The translations under genes were made by a program, and so were the position numbers. Source: an uncultured bacterium (GTDB lineage Bacteria; Abyssobacteria; SURF-5). Taken from it: a DNA stretch of 64,000 nt. Shown here piece by piece: positions 30,307 through 40,020 of this stretch (positions within the stretch are counted from its first letter, which is position 1; each line of letters opens with the position of its first letter). Below the pieces are notes generated by a model. It had not been told where the DNA came from. It ran no database searches and was given only the letters and a program-made list of their open reading frames with translations. The stretch is taken from NCBI GenBank assembly GCA_964607485.1, contig CAZSKP010000005.1, positions 101,052-165,051 of the forward strand, given 5' to 3'.

Positions 30307-30989
30307 GGCAATGAGCAAGGCGGGGAAGATTCTCGGTTTGATTTTGTTTTGGGGATGCGGTGGGTTGCTGTTTTTACTTGAGGAGTGTTATTTCTGGACG
30401 TGGTGGGGACCGTTCGGCGTCGCTGTCGCGACCTTTATTCCGCCAGTTGTTGTCTTTTTCCCGTTCGTGTTTTGGTATAAAGAGGGAGTATTTCCATTGG
30501 GATATTTCATTCTTTGGGGTCTATCTATCACGGGGGGAATGATAGCTGCGTTTGTAGAGGAAGAGGGAGACAACCCAATAACTTTTTCTAAAACGATGAA
30601 GGTCTTGAGTAAAATAGCGCAGGTTGTCGTTTTGCTTTCTTGCTCCTTTCTCTTTCTTGGGGGACTCCTCTTACTTACTTTCGCGTTTATTCGATTGAGT
30701 GATGATAGCCATTCCGCTATAGCTGGACTTTATCTTGGTCGGGCAGTAATACCCTTATTGCTCGGGGGTGCAGGCTGCTATTGGGCTGGCCGTAGGCTGT
30801 TCGGGAAAAAAGGGGAACCAGCCACTACCAAATCCGTCACTCCATCTCCTGTTGAAACTGTCGAGCAGAAGCCCGCTCCGAAGATTGAGGCTTCCTGTCC
30901 TCACTGCGACGCAAAATACGCCGTCGAGGAACAATACGCTGGAAAGCAGGGCCGCTGCAAGAAGTGCGGGGGACTGATGGTCGTGCCCG
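30181..30989 (+). repeat. direct repeat of about 95 bp (30181-30275 and 30895-30989) encoding the shared zinc ribbon
   Basis: Both copies read TGTCCTCACTGCGA...GAACAATACGCTGGAAAGCAGGGCCGCTGCAAGAAGTG...GTGCCCGA. Confidence 0.9.
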
Positions 30990-31018
30990 ATAAAAGGCTT
31001 GCAACAAGGAAGGAATGA
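30311..31018 (+). CDS. membrane protein with C-terminal zinc ribbon
   Basis: About 5 TM segments, a Pro/Thr linker, then CPHC-x15-CKKC. Confidence 0.7.
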   Translation: MSKAGKILGLILFWGCGGLLFLLEECYFWTWWGPFGVAVATFIPPVVVFFPFVFWYKEGVFPLGYFILWGLSITGGMIAAFVEEEGDNPITFSKTMKVLSKIAQVVVLLSCSFLFLGGLLLLTFAFIRLSDDSHSAIAGLYLGRAVIPLLLGGAGCYWAGRRLFGKKGEPATTKSVTPSPVETVEQKPAPKIEASCPHCDAKYAVEEQYAGKQGRCKKCGGLMVVPDKRLATRKE

Positions 31019-31398
31019 TGAAACTGACCTGGTTAGCGTGCTTGGCGCTTTGTGGTTTGTTCATGGGGGGATGTGCGCGTGAACTTGAGTGTGAGATAGA
31101 CTACTCAAAGCCCGATATGATTACTCCTCCATTCTTCTGGATAAAAAATTCAGAAGTTGGGCAAGTTTGGTATGACGTTGTGGTGGAAATCAATTATGAT
31201 GCGCCAGGCGGGGGATACGCATTTTTGGTGAAGGAAATTCAAGGTGGCGATTCAGCTTTTCTTGACGCTAGAACCTTTGCAAAAAAGAGTGGAGTGCGTT
31301 TCGAGTGGGGAAAGCGAAAGCTAAATAATGTTCGTGTGAGTGTGAGATACCCAAGGCGAAAACCTATAATTTTTGACCTGCGCCATGAGTATTTATGA
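31015..31398 (+). CDS. hypothetical lipoprotein
   Basis: Signal peptide ending MGGC; ATGA overlap with the upstream gene. Confidence 0.65.
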   Translation: MMKLTWLACLALCGLFMGGCARELECEIDYSKPDMITPPFFWIKNSEVGQVWYDVVVEINYDAPGGGYAFLVKEIQGGDSAFLDARTFAKKSGVRFEWGKRKLNNVRVSVRYPRRKPIIFDLRHEYL

Positions 31399-31584
31399 GT
31401 TCGCTTCTTATGACCAAAATGTGACAGCTTCGGACGGCTTTATGCTGTTTCTCACTCCCTCGCACGTTCTCAAGTTTGAAGAGAGAGATTGAGGGGTAAA
31501 GGCAAAGGCAACAATAGTCTTCCCCCTTTTTGAAAGGGACTGAAGGGGATTTAACAACCCCCCGCCAGCAAAGAGAACCATCAC

Positions 31585-32163
31585 ATGAAGATAGGAATCC
31601 TCGGAGGAACATTCGACCCTATTCATACCGGCCACCTGATAATTGCGGAAGAGGCGCGCTGGCAATGTGAGCTCGACATTGTGCTGTTCATAGTGACGTC
31701 TCATCCGCCGCACAAGAAAGAGCCGGAGGCCGCGGCCGAGGACAGATTCAGAATGGTGGAACTGGCGACCGTGGGCGAACCGGCCTTTCGTCCGTCCCGC
31801 ATCGAGATCGAGCGCGGCGGCAATTCTTACACGGCGGAGACGCTGAGAGAGCTGCTCCGAATGTATCCGGGAGCTTCGCTGCATCTGATAGTCGGGGCCG
31901 ATTCGGTGATTGATTTCTCCGACTGGAAGAATCCCGAAGCTGTGATCGAAATGGCCGATGTGGTCGTCGCGTCGCGTCCCGGCTTCGACCTGTCACAGAT
32001 GGAGCCGAGGCTGCGCGGCAGGACGCGTGTTCTGCAGAGTCCGGCGGTGGAGATTTCCTCGACGATGATTCGCAAACGGTTGCACGACGGGAAATCCGTG
32101 CGGTTCCTTGTTCCGGAAGCCGTCGAGCGATACATACGCGAACGGCAACTTTATTCCCACTGA
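31585..32163 (+). CDS. nadD: nicotinate-nucleotide adenylyltransferase
   Basis: GGTFDPIHTGH, PPHK and ISSTMIR. Confidence 0.96.
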   Translation: MKIGILGGTFDPIHTGHLIIAEEARWQCELDIVLFIVTSHPPHKKEPEAAAEDRFRMVELATVGEPAFRPSRIEIERGGNSYTAETLRELLRMYPGASLHLIVGADSVIDFSDWKNPEAVIEMADVVVASRPGFDLSQMEPRLRGRTRVLQSPAVEISSTMIRKRLHDGKSVRFLVPEAVERYIRERQLYSH

Positions 32164-32173
32164 GTTCGAATCC

Positions 32174-32767
32174 ATGCGAGAAACAAAGCGCGCGGCACAG
32201 GAGCTTTCCAGGATAGCCGAAGAGTACGCCTGCTCGAATCTCAACGGGCGATTGCTCAAACACGCTCGCGGATGCGCCGAGATGGCACAGAAGCTGGCGC
32301 AAAGATTCGGCCTCGACGCAGAAAGGGCCGTCACAGCCTCGTACTTGCACGACATCGGCAAACAGTTCTCCCGCGAAGAGCAGGCCGCCTTGGCGCGGAA
32401 AATGGATATGTCGGCATCCGAGATTCGCTCATATCCGCCCGAGGTCTTGCATGGACCGCTCGGCGCGCTTATCGCAAAGAAGCAGCTTGGCATCGACGAC
32501 CCCGAGGTGCTTCAAGCCGTCGAGGCTCACAGCACCGGCTGCCCCGGCATGTGCGGCTTGGCCAAAGTCGTCTTTGTCGCGGACTTCATCGAACCCTCGC
32601 GCAGATTCCCTGGCGCCTCCGAACTGCGCAGTCGCGAACACGCCACCCTCGACAAGATGGCGGCCGCGATTCTCAAACGCAAGCTGATCTACTTGATGGA
32701 AAAGAGAAAAGTCATCGACGCGCGCGCGCTTGACTTCTGGAATGAACTGATGTGCGGAGGGACGTGA
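32174..32767 (+). CDS. yqeK: HD-domain Ap4A hydrolase, YqeK-like
   Basis: LHDIGK, LHG and VFVADFIEP; follows nadD. Confidence 0.85.
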   Translation: MRETKRAAQELSRIAEEYACSNLNGRLLKHARGCAEMAQKLAQRFGLDAERAVTASYLHDIGKQFSREEQAALARKMDMSASEIRSYPPEVLHGPLGALIAKKQLGIDDPEVLQAVEAHSTGCPGMCGLAKVVFVADFIEPSRRFPGASELRSREHATLDKMAAAILKRKLIYLMEKRKVIDARALDFWNELMCGGT

Positions 32768-32835
32768 CCGGTTTCTCCCCGTCTGCGCAAGCCCGCCGGG
32801 AGAGGCCCTTGCGGCTTTCACGGAAGGAGCAAAAG

Positions 32836-33252
32836 ATGAAGAGCTATCGCAAAGAACTGTGGTTCAACGTTCCCGCGAGACGTGCGTTCATCAACATCAC
32901 TCCGCAGGTCGAGGAATGCTTGAGGGAGAGCGGCGTCAAGGAGGGCCTCGTTCTCTGCAACGCGATGCACATCACGGCGTCCGTGTTCATCAATGACAAC
33001 GAATCCGGCCTGCACCACGACTTCGAAGTGTGGCTGGAGAAGCTTGCGCCGCACGAGCCGGTGAAGCAGTATCGGCACAACGTGGGCGAGGACAACGCCG
33101 ACGCGCACCTGAAGCGGTCGGTCATGGGCCGCGAGGTCGTCGTCGCCGTCACCGGCGGCAAACTCGATTTCGGCCCGTGGGAGCAGATCTTCTACGGCGA
33201 ATTCGACGGCCGCCGCCGCAAACGCGTCCTCGTCAAGATTATCGGGGAGTGA
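32836..33252 (+). CDS. yjbQ: YjbQ/UPF0047 family protein
   Basis: [17 protein letters not shown] and [13 protein letters not shown]. Confidence 0.9.
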   Translation: MKSYRKELWFNVPARRAFINITPQVEECLRESGVKEGLVLCNAMHITASVFINDNESGLHHDFEVWLEKLAPHEPVKQYRHNVGEDNADAHLKRSVMGREVVVAVTGGKLDFGPWEQIFYGEFDGRRRKRVLVKIIGE

Positions 33253-33293
33253 GCATCAACCTTTAAGGGCTGGGTTGCATGGACGAATGTGCA

Positions 33294-34205
33294 TCAGAAT
33301 GGAATATCATTGCCATCTGGTTCAGGCTCTGACGGCCTTGGCTTCATCTCAAGGTCTTTTTGGATGACGAAAAGAATGAAAGCACCAGCAAGGTGAACAG
33401 CAAGCTCCGCATAGACCTTGGAGACTGAGACTACTTCTTCACCTTGGCCATGCCCGCCAAGGCGGTTGCGGATGAAGGGTAGGGCCATTAGAACCGAATC
33501 ACCGAATGAGCCTGAAAATCTTTCAGGCATATCCTCGTAGAAACCGGCGTCGGCAAGCTCACGAATCAAGGCGCTAGCATTTCCAGTGTCGTGGCCGAGG
33601 ACCGTTTTGAGAACACTTTCAAAGCTCTTGCAGGCGTTATGTATTGCCCCTTTGTGATCACCTGCAGCCATGTCATTCCTTGCGTCTCGAAATTCATCAA
33701 GTGCGCCCTGAAAGCCCTCGGCTTTCATCAATTCTTGCGATCGCGTGGCCAATTGCATGCACAGAAAGTCCGAGTCAACCTTGAAAAATTGACCATCTAC
33801 CAAACGCCAAGGACAGCCTTCCTCTTCGAAGATGTTGTTGATTTCTTGCTGAAACTTCCCCTTCAAATCATCCATGAGCTCATCATTGAAAAGTTCTATC
33901 ACATCTAGGACCTGAGCAGGATAGGCTCCCTCAACGAAACCTTTCAGGTCAACTTTCACACGACGGTCAGAGTCGTTGAATGCCTCAAGCTTATCTACTC
34001 CATAAGATCTCTTAAGCAATGCCGGAAGCTCCGCGAGGATCGAAGATTGGTTTGCCCAATTGTCGGCGGGGTCAGGCCGCACCCAAGTGGAATGATTCAG
34101 GTCTTCCAGGATAAGCCATATGCGTTTTCGCAAACGTTTCGAAATCGAAACCTTCAGTCGCTTGCCAAAAATCGCTTCTTCGTGACGCTTTGAGAAGGGT
34201 CTCAT
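33294..34205 (-). CDS. abortive-infection family protein (AbiJ-like N-terminus plus Abi_C/HEPN-like C-terminus)
   Basis: AIHNACKSFESVLK and RNRLGGH motifs; AT-richer than its flanks. Confidence 0.7.
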   Translation of the reverse strand: MRPFSKRHEEAIFGKRLKVSISKRLRKRIWLILEDLNHSTWVRPDPADNWANQSSILAELPALLKRSYGVDKLEAFNDSDRRVKVDLKGFVEGAYPAQVLDVIELFNDELMDDLKGKFQQEINNIFEEEGCPWRLVDGQFFKVDSDFLCMQLATRSQELMKAEGFQGALDEFRDARNDMAAGDHKGAIHNACKSFESVLKTVLGHDTGNASALIRELADAGFYEDMPERFSGSFGDSVLMALPFIRNRLGGHGQGEEVVSVSKVYAELAVHLAGAFILFVIQKDLEMKPRPSEPEPDGNDIPF

Positions 34206-34309
34206 AGTCTGCCTAGTCTTTCCCGGTCAACTCCTCGTTTCAGAGCCTTCGACCTTCATCAAGATTGCCAACGTTAATTGACGGCGCTTCAGCTGCATCA
34301 CTTCTTTGT

Positions 34310-35875
34310 TCAATTCTTTGCCACAATCTTGCTCACCTCCTTTGCCGCCATGGTGCCGGAGGTGACGGCTTCGGGGAAGCGAGTGACGGGGCCGACGTAT
34401 TCGGCGTTGGCGAAGTAGATGTTGCCGAATGGCTTTCCCAGCTTGGGGAACACGTCGGTGATGTAGCCGGGGTAGGGGACGGAGTAGTTTCTCGTGCGCA
34501 GTAGCACATGCACGGCCTCGACCTTTTCGATTGCGCCGGGGAAACGCTCGTCGAGCTCGCTCAACACGCGACAGGCCATCTTGACCATCGCGTCTTTGTC
34601 CTGCACGAGGTCCACATTTTCCAACGACATCTTGTTGAAACACGAGAGCACGTTCGGCCGCTCGGGGCCTCGGTCGCGGCAGAACCAGCCGGGCACGGTC
34701 ACGGCCTGCACGGTGCAGTTCATCACGCCCAGCCGGTAACCGCGCCGATATATCGGCCGGCGCGAGCAGAAGTGGAACACTGGATAGCTGAACCTGCGCA
34801 TTTGGCCCATCGCCTCTTTGAGCTCGGGCGGGATGTCCTCGACGATTTCCTTCGTTATGTTCGCCTCCGCGTTGACGATGGCAGCCCTGGCGCGGACGGT
34901 GGATACTTTCCCGTTGCGCCAGTAGGTCGCCAGCACGCGCCCGTTGGCATCGTGCCGTATCCTGTAGACGAACGCGCCCGTGAGCATCCGCCCCGGCCCT
35001 GCTTCTTCGACCTTTTGGGCGAGCGTCCGATTTATCAGCCCCAGACCTCCGGGGAACGAGCAGATGCCCTCGTTGCCCGCATAATCCTGCTCCTGCGCCG
35101 ATGAGATTGCGTAGTAGGCCGATACGTCGGCGGTGTGAGGATACGGCTTGGCAATTTGCTCATACCACTGCCTGAACTCGGGCGAGTATTCCTTCATGAA
35201 TTCGGAGAATGGCACGCGGTCAAGCTCCTGCTTGCGAGCCTCGCAATCAATCTTCGGCATGTCGCGGCGGTAAAACTGTATGATGTCGAGCTTCACGCGC
35301 CACGGAAGCGGCATCCTGAAAAAGCCCCAGAAACTGTACGGGTTCGCCACCTGACGGTTGCCGGGGAAGACGACAACCAGCGGGCTCGTGTCCCTTTGGG
35401 GCGTCAGATGCAGTTCGTGGCACAGATCCCAGACCGAATCGGCCCACGTGCCGGGCGTGCCGATGTATTGGCCGCCGAGCGAAAACGGCATACCCTCCCA
35501 TTCGTGATACATAGAATTGCCACCGAGCTCAGGCAGAGCCTCGAGCAGCAGGATGTTGCGGTCTCTGAGGCGATAGGCGGCCGTCAGCCCGGCCGCTCCT
35601 CCGCCGACGATGACGACTTCCACCTCGCGCTCCGGCTCGGGCGATTGGGTGAGCCTGCCCTCCCGAAACATTCGGTTGGGATTATCGGGAAACACTTCGC
35701 CGTGGAACGTGATCATATCCTCAAGTTTTTCGGGAGGAACATCTCTCGTCTTCAAGCGCCCTCCTTCTTTATAAGCCCACACGTCCTTCGCTCCAAGGGC
35801 GCCCATGCCGAGCACCGCCGCTCCTCCGCCGGCTGCCAGTATTTTCTTAAGAAACAAGCGTCTCGATGTCTCCAT
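34310..35875 (-). CDS. Tat-exported flavin amine-oxidase-family oxidoreductase
   Basis: SRRLFLK signal, IVGGGAAGL, LGG and IYFAN..EAVTSG. Confidence 0.82.
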   Translation of the reverse strand: METSRRLFLKKILAAGGGAAVLGMGALGAKDVWAYKEGGRLKTRDVPPEKLEDMITFHGEVFPDNPNRMFREGRLTQSPEPEREVEVVIVGGGAAGLTAAYRLRDRNILLLEALPELGGNSMYHEWEGMPFSLGGQYIGTPGTWADSVWDLCHELHLTPQRDTSPLVVVFPGNRQVANPYSFWGFFRMPLPWRVKLDIIQFYRRDMPKIDCEARKQELDRVPFSEFMKEYSPEFRQWYEQIAKPYPHTADVSAYYAISSAQEQDYAGNEGICSFPGGLGLINRTLAQKVEEAGPGRMLTGAFVYRIRHDANGRVLATYWRNGKVSTVRARAAIVNAEANITKEIVEDIPPELKEAMGQMRRFSYPVFHFCSRRPIYRRGYRLGVMNCTVQAVTVPGWFCRDRGPERPNVLSCFNKMSLENVDLVQDKDAMVKMACRVLSELDERFPGAIEKVEAVHVLLRTRNYSVPYPGYITDVFPKLGKPFGNIYFANAEYVGPVTRFPEAVTSGTMAAKEVSKIVAKN

Positions 35876-35968
35876 GCGTTTTCCTCAAAGTTGCGGCGTG
35901 GCACCGTTCTCGGGGCGAGGAAGATGCGGCGGCCAAGTAATACAGCGGATACCTCATAACACGTGCGC

Positions 35969-37555
35969 TCAGGCGTAATCAAGCATTTCGCCCGACCGTG
36001 TCTCGGTGATGGAAAAGAATTCCAGGTGACACTCGGCGGAGGCGTTCAGGGTGATACGGCGGTCGTACTTCTTCTCGAACTCGGCGATGGTGTCAGCTTC
36101 GGTTGCCCTGAGTCGTTCGATCACGTCTTTGTGTGCGGTCAAGGTGATGGCCTTGTAACCGTTTCCCTTACATTGTTTCTCCAGTTGTCGCAGCGCCTGG
36201 ATGGCGGTCGTCGTGACGGACTTCACCCATCCGGTTCCTTCACAATACGGGCAGGGTTCGCAGAGTGAGGGCGTCAGGCTGAGCTTCACCCGCTTGCGGG
36301 TCATCTGCACAAGCCCAAGCTCGGTAAGTCCGAGGATATATGTTTTGGAGCGGTCGGTCTTGAAAGCCTCCTGGAATTCTTTGAGGAGCTTCTGCCTGTT
36401 GGACGGTTTCTCCATATCAATGGAATCCACGACGATGATTCCGCCGATGTCGCGAAGCCTCACCTGACGGGCCACTTCCCTCGCCGCTTCCATGTTGGTC
36501 TTGAACACGGTGTCCTCGAGTTTCTGTTTGCCGGTAAATTTTCCCGTGTTCACATCTATCGTGGTGAGCGCCTCGGATTGATCGATAATGATGTAGCCGC
36601 CACTGTGCAGCCAAACTTTCTTACGGAGCGCCTTTTCTATCTGGCCGTCGAGGTCGTATTTCTCGAAGAGCGGGACGCGTCCCCGGTACAGTTCCACGCG
36701 CGGCTTGAGGTGGGGGGCAAGGTTTTCGAGCAGGTTCAGAACGGTGTCGTAGTCGCGTTTGGAGTCGATTATGAACTTGTCGATTTCATCGTTGAACACG
36801 TCTCGCACGACGCGGGCCACCTGTCCCAGGTCCTGGTGCAGGAGCGAAGGCGAAGGCATGCTATCCATCCTGCGAACGATCTTATGCCACAGGCCGGTGA
36901 GATATTTGATGTCGGCCTTGATTTCCTCCTCGCCCTTGCCTTCCCCGAGAGTTCTCACGATCAGGCCGAGGCCGTGCGGGCGCAACTTTGCGGCGATTTT
37001 CCTGAGACGTTCGCGCTCTTTATCGTTCTCGATCTTGCGGGATACGCCAAGGTGGTTGACGGTGGGCATGAGGACGAGATACCGGCCAGGCAGCGAGACA
37101 TAATTGGTCAGCCGCATTCCCTTTTGGCCCATCGGCTCTTTCGCCACCTGCACCATGATTTCCTGCCCCCGCTTGAGCATATCCTCGATTCTCATTCTGC
37201 GTCTGCGTCTCGACCGGGGCCGGTATTCGTCTTCCTCGTCTTCGTCGTCCAAGTCCACTTCGTACTCGTCGAGGGTGTCGGTGACGTCGGATACGTACAG
37301 GAACCCGTTCTTTTCCTGCCCGACGTCGACAAAGGCGGCCTCGATGCCGGGGACGATGCTCTTCACGGTTCCTTTGTAAACATTTCCGACGAGCCGACGC
37401 TCTACCTTTCGCTCGATGAAGAGCTCGGTAAGCTCGCCGTTCTCTAGCAAACCTGTCCTCGACTCCCGCGAGTCAACGCTGGCGACCAACTCTCGACGGA
37501 GTTCTTTTTTCGAGCCTTTGCCTCTTCTGCTAGTCTTCTTCTTGCGCTTTCTCAT
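35969..37555 (-). CDS. rng: Rne/Rng family ribonuclease (RNase G-like)
   Basis: GNVYKG, AAFVD, IDVNTG and LRDIGGIIVVD. Confidence 0.92.
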   Translation of the reverse strand: MRKRKKKTSRRGKGSKKELRRELVASVDSRESRTGLLENGELTELFIERKVERRLVGNVYKGTVKSIVPGIEAAFVDVGQEKNGFLYVSDVTDTLDEYEVDLDDEDEEDEYRPRSRRRRRMRIEDMLKRGQEIMVQVAKEPMGQKGMRLTNYVSLPGRYLVLMPTVNHLGVSRKIENDKERERLRKIAAKLRPHGLGLIVRTLGEGKGEEEIKADIKYLTGLWHKIVRRMDSMPSPSLLHQDLGQVARVVRDVFNDEIDKFIIDSKRDYDTVLNLLENLAPHLKPRVELYRGRVPLFEKYDLDGQIEKALRKKVWLHSGGYIIIDQSEALTTIDVNTGKFTGKQKLEDTVFKTNMEAAREVARQVRLRDIGGIIVVDSIDMEKPSNRQKLLKEFQEAFKTDRSKTYILGLTELGLVQMTRKRVKLSLTPSLCEPCPYCEGTGWVKSVTTTAIQALRQLEKQCKGNGYKAITLTAHKDVIERLRATEADTIAEFEKKYDRRITLNASAECHLEFFSITETRSGEMLDYA

Positions 37556-38225
37556 TCGTTTTCACCTGCAGGGGGTGGCCGTCGAATCTTATGTCCGTTC
37601 GAATGATTCTCAAGCATTTTGCATGGTCCGGAGAGAGGCCGAGCGCCGCGCGGGCCACTTCCGACGGACTGCACGACCCTTGGCCGCCCATGGATAGGTC
37701 CACCCGCAGCCACATGGAGTCCCGCTTGGTCGTCACTTCCGCATCGATCACGAACCGTCTGACATCGACGATGTTGCTCGCGTCCCTGCGCACCCGCTCA
37801 ACCGGCGCGGAATCCCTGGCGAGAAATTCCCGAACGAGCCTGTGACTGTTCTCGGCCACCTCTCCCTCAGGTAATTCTATCACATAACGGGCCGAGGATG
37901 CACGGGAGAGGCGGGGCGAGGAGCCCAGCACCCAGCCTGTCTCGAGCAGGTCGAGACCTCGTGGCATGGTGGCGCCGAGCCGTTCATGCAGGGTCTCCGG
38001 CGAGAGCATGCGGGCGAGAAATATGTCTGCCAGCTCGCATTTGCTCTCGTATCCGAGAGGGAGCGCCGGCCCCATGCTGAGTCTTGGGCGGGGATTGAAT
38101 CCCTCGGTGTATACGACGGGAATGGTCGCGCGGTTGAGCGCGCGTACAATGGCCCGCATCACATCGAGGTGAGAAATGAACCTGACTCGCCCAAGCTTGG
38201 CGTATTTAATCCGATAGGTCCACAT
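37530..38225 (-). CDS. radical SAM-linked protein (TIGR03936-like)
   Basis: FISHLD, YTEGFNPRP and ALPLG.ES; conserved position between the radical SAM gene and rng. Confidence 0.88.
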   Translation of the reverse strand: MWTYRIKYAKLGRVRFISHLDVMRAIVRALNRATIPVVYTEGFNPRPRLSMGPALPLGYESKCELADIFLARMLSPETLHERLGATMPRGLDLLETGWVLGSSPRLSRASSARYVIELPEGEVAENSHRLVREFLARDSAPVERVRRDASNIVDVRRFVIDAEVTTKRDSMWLRVDLSMGGQGSCSPSEVARAALGLSPDHAKCLRIIRTDIRFDGHPLQVKTNEKAQEED

Positions 38226-40020
38226 GCCCGCAAACCCCGCATCCGAGACACTTCTCCCTGCAATCGGCCGTGAACTCCGCCGTGCGCGAGCGTTCGAGTT
38301 CTTTGAGCAGATATGACTTGTTCACACCGCTCTCTATGTGGTCCCACGGGAGCGCATCGTCGGGGCCATACATGAAATTTGTCGCCCGTCCGAAATCGAT
38401 TCCGCATTCCGACATCGCCTGCCCCCAGGCATCCATATTCAGTTCCGACGACCAGCCGTCGAACCTGGCGCCGCGCTTCCACGCTCCGTATATGGCATCT
38501 CCGGTCCGTCTGTCGCCCCGTGAAAGCAGCGCCTCGAGAAGGCACAGCGAGGGCTCGCGCCAGCTTATCTTAACATCGCGGTGTCGTATGCGCGAGGTTA
38601 TGGCGGAGTACTTGTCCTGCAGATTCCGCTCATCGACGACGTTTTCCCATTGGAAGGGAGTATGCGGCTTGGGCACGAATGCCGAAAGGCTGATGTTGGT
38701 GCGGAACCTCTTTCCCCGCAGTTTGCGGCCCATCGTCCTGATTCGCTCGATGAGCGAGGCGATAGCAGCTATGTCCTCATCCGTCTCGCTCGGCAGGCCG
38801 AGCATGAAATACAGTTTGAACACATCCCAGCCGGCCCTGAGCGCATTCTCGAGTGAGCCGAACATTTCCTCCTCGGTGTAATCCTTGTTTATCACCCGCC
38901 TCAGCCGGTCGGTCGCGGCCTCGGGCGCAAACGTGAACCCGCTCTTGCGAACCTCTTGAATCTTTTCCGCGATCCCTATCGAAAAGCTGTCGAGCCTGAG
39001 CGATGGCAGCGAGATGGAGACCCTGCGGTCGGACAGCCGCCGGGTGAGGGTGCCGACGAGCTTTTCTATCTCACTGTAATCGGTCGAACTCAGCGAGGCC
39101 AGGGTGATGGCGTCGTACCCCGTCTTCGCTAGCCCTTCTTCCACGAGACGGCAGATACCCTCCACGCTTCGTTCCCGAACGGGCCTGTAGGCTGTGCCTG
39201 CATGGCAGAAGCGGCATCCGCGCGAGCATCCGCGCATTATCTCGACTATGAGGCGGTCGTGAACCGCCTCGATGAAGGACACGGGCGGGTCGGTCGGAAA
39301 GGGGGCCGTCTCGAGGTCCTTTATCCAGATGCGCTTCACCGTTTCGGGAGCGTTGAGCCTCGGCGCTATGCGGCGGAACTTTTCGCCGTCATATTCCGCT
39401 TCATAGAGCGAGGGAATGTAAACGCCCTCGATGCGAGCCCAATGGTCGAGGAGGTCTTTCCTCGCCCCTCCGTCCCGCTTGAAATCCTCGAAGGATTCGA
39501 GTAACTCGAGAATCGCCTCCTCGGCTTCGCCAATGACGAACGCATCGATGAAATCGGCCATCGGCTCCGGGTCCAACGCGCAGGGTCCGCCCGCGATGAC
39601 GAGAGGGTCGCCCTCCCTCCGTTCGCGGCTGAATATGGGGATGCCCGCGAGGTCGAGCATGTTGAGCACATTGGTGTAGTTCATCTCATATTGCAGCGAA
39701 AACCCGACGATGTCGAACTCGCGGACCGGCCGGAACGATTCGAGCGAGTAAAGTGGAATGCCGCGCTCCCGCATTTGTTTCTCCATGTCGCCCCACGGCG
39801 CAAACGTCCGTTCGGCGAGATAGGAGGACTGGGCATTGATAATGTGATAGAGAATCTTGAGCCCCAGGTGGGACATTCCTATTTCGTAGGTGTCGGGAAA
39901 AGCGAGCGCCACGCGCACCTGCGAGGCGGCCCAGTCCTTTCGTACGCTGTTCACCTCTCCGCCGACGTAGCGGCCCGGCTTTGCGACGAGCGGAAGGAAC
40001 TCTTCGATAGAATGTATCAT
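38206..40020 (-). CDS. B12-binding radical SAM protein (TIGR03960-like)
   Basis: KPGRYVGGE, FPDTYEIGMS, RGCSRGCRFC and FVPKPHTPFQW. Confidence 0.92.
   Translation of the reverse strand: MIHSIEEFLPLVAKPGRYVGGEVNSVRKDWAASQVRVALAFPDTYEIGMSHLGLKILYHIINAQSSYLAERTFAPWGDMEKQMRERGIPLYSLESFRPVREFDIVGFSLQYEMNYTNVLNMLDLAGIPIFSRERREGDPLVIAGGPCALDPEPMADFIDAFVIGEAEEAILELLESFEDFKRDGGARKDLLDHWARIEGVYIPSLYEAEYDGEKFRRIAPRLNAPETVKRIWIKDLETAPFPTDPPVSFIEAVHDRLIVEIMRGCSRGCRFCHAGTAYRPVRERSVEGICRLVEEGLAKTGYDAITLASLSSTDYSEIEKLVGTLTRRLSDRRVSISLPSLRLDSFSIGIAEKIQEVRKSGFTFAPEAATDRLRRVINKDYTEEEMFGSLENALRAGWDVFKLYFMLGLPSETDEDIAAIASLIERIRTMGRKLRGKRFRTNISLSAFVPKPHTPFQWENVVDERNLQDKYSAITSRIRHRDVKISWREPSLCLLEALLSRGDRRTGDAIYGAWKRGARFDGWSSELNMDAWGQAMSECGIDFGRATNFMYGPDDALPWDHIESGVNKSYLLKELERSRTAEFTADCREKCLGCGVCGHVDLSD

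Noticed and set aside
30181-30989. The 95-bp repeat pair as a diversity-generating retroelement TR/VR
   Set aside because: Mismatches are not adenine-specific and many are synonymous. Both copies are coding, and there is no reverse transcriptase in the window.
31519-31553. TCCCCCTTTTTGAAAGGGACTGAAGGGGATT as a repeat element
   Set aside because: It resembles a decayed palindromic repeat but is too degenerate and single-copy here to support.
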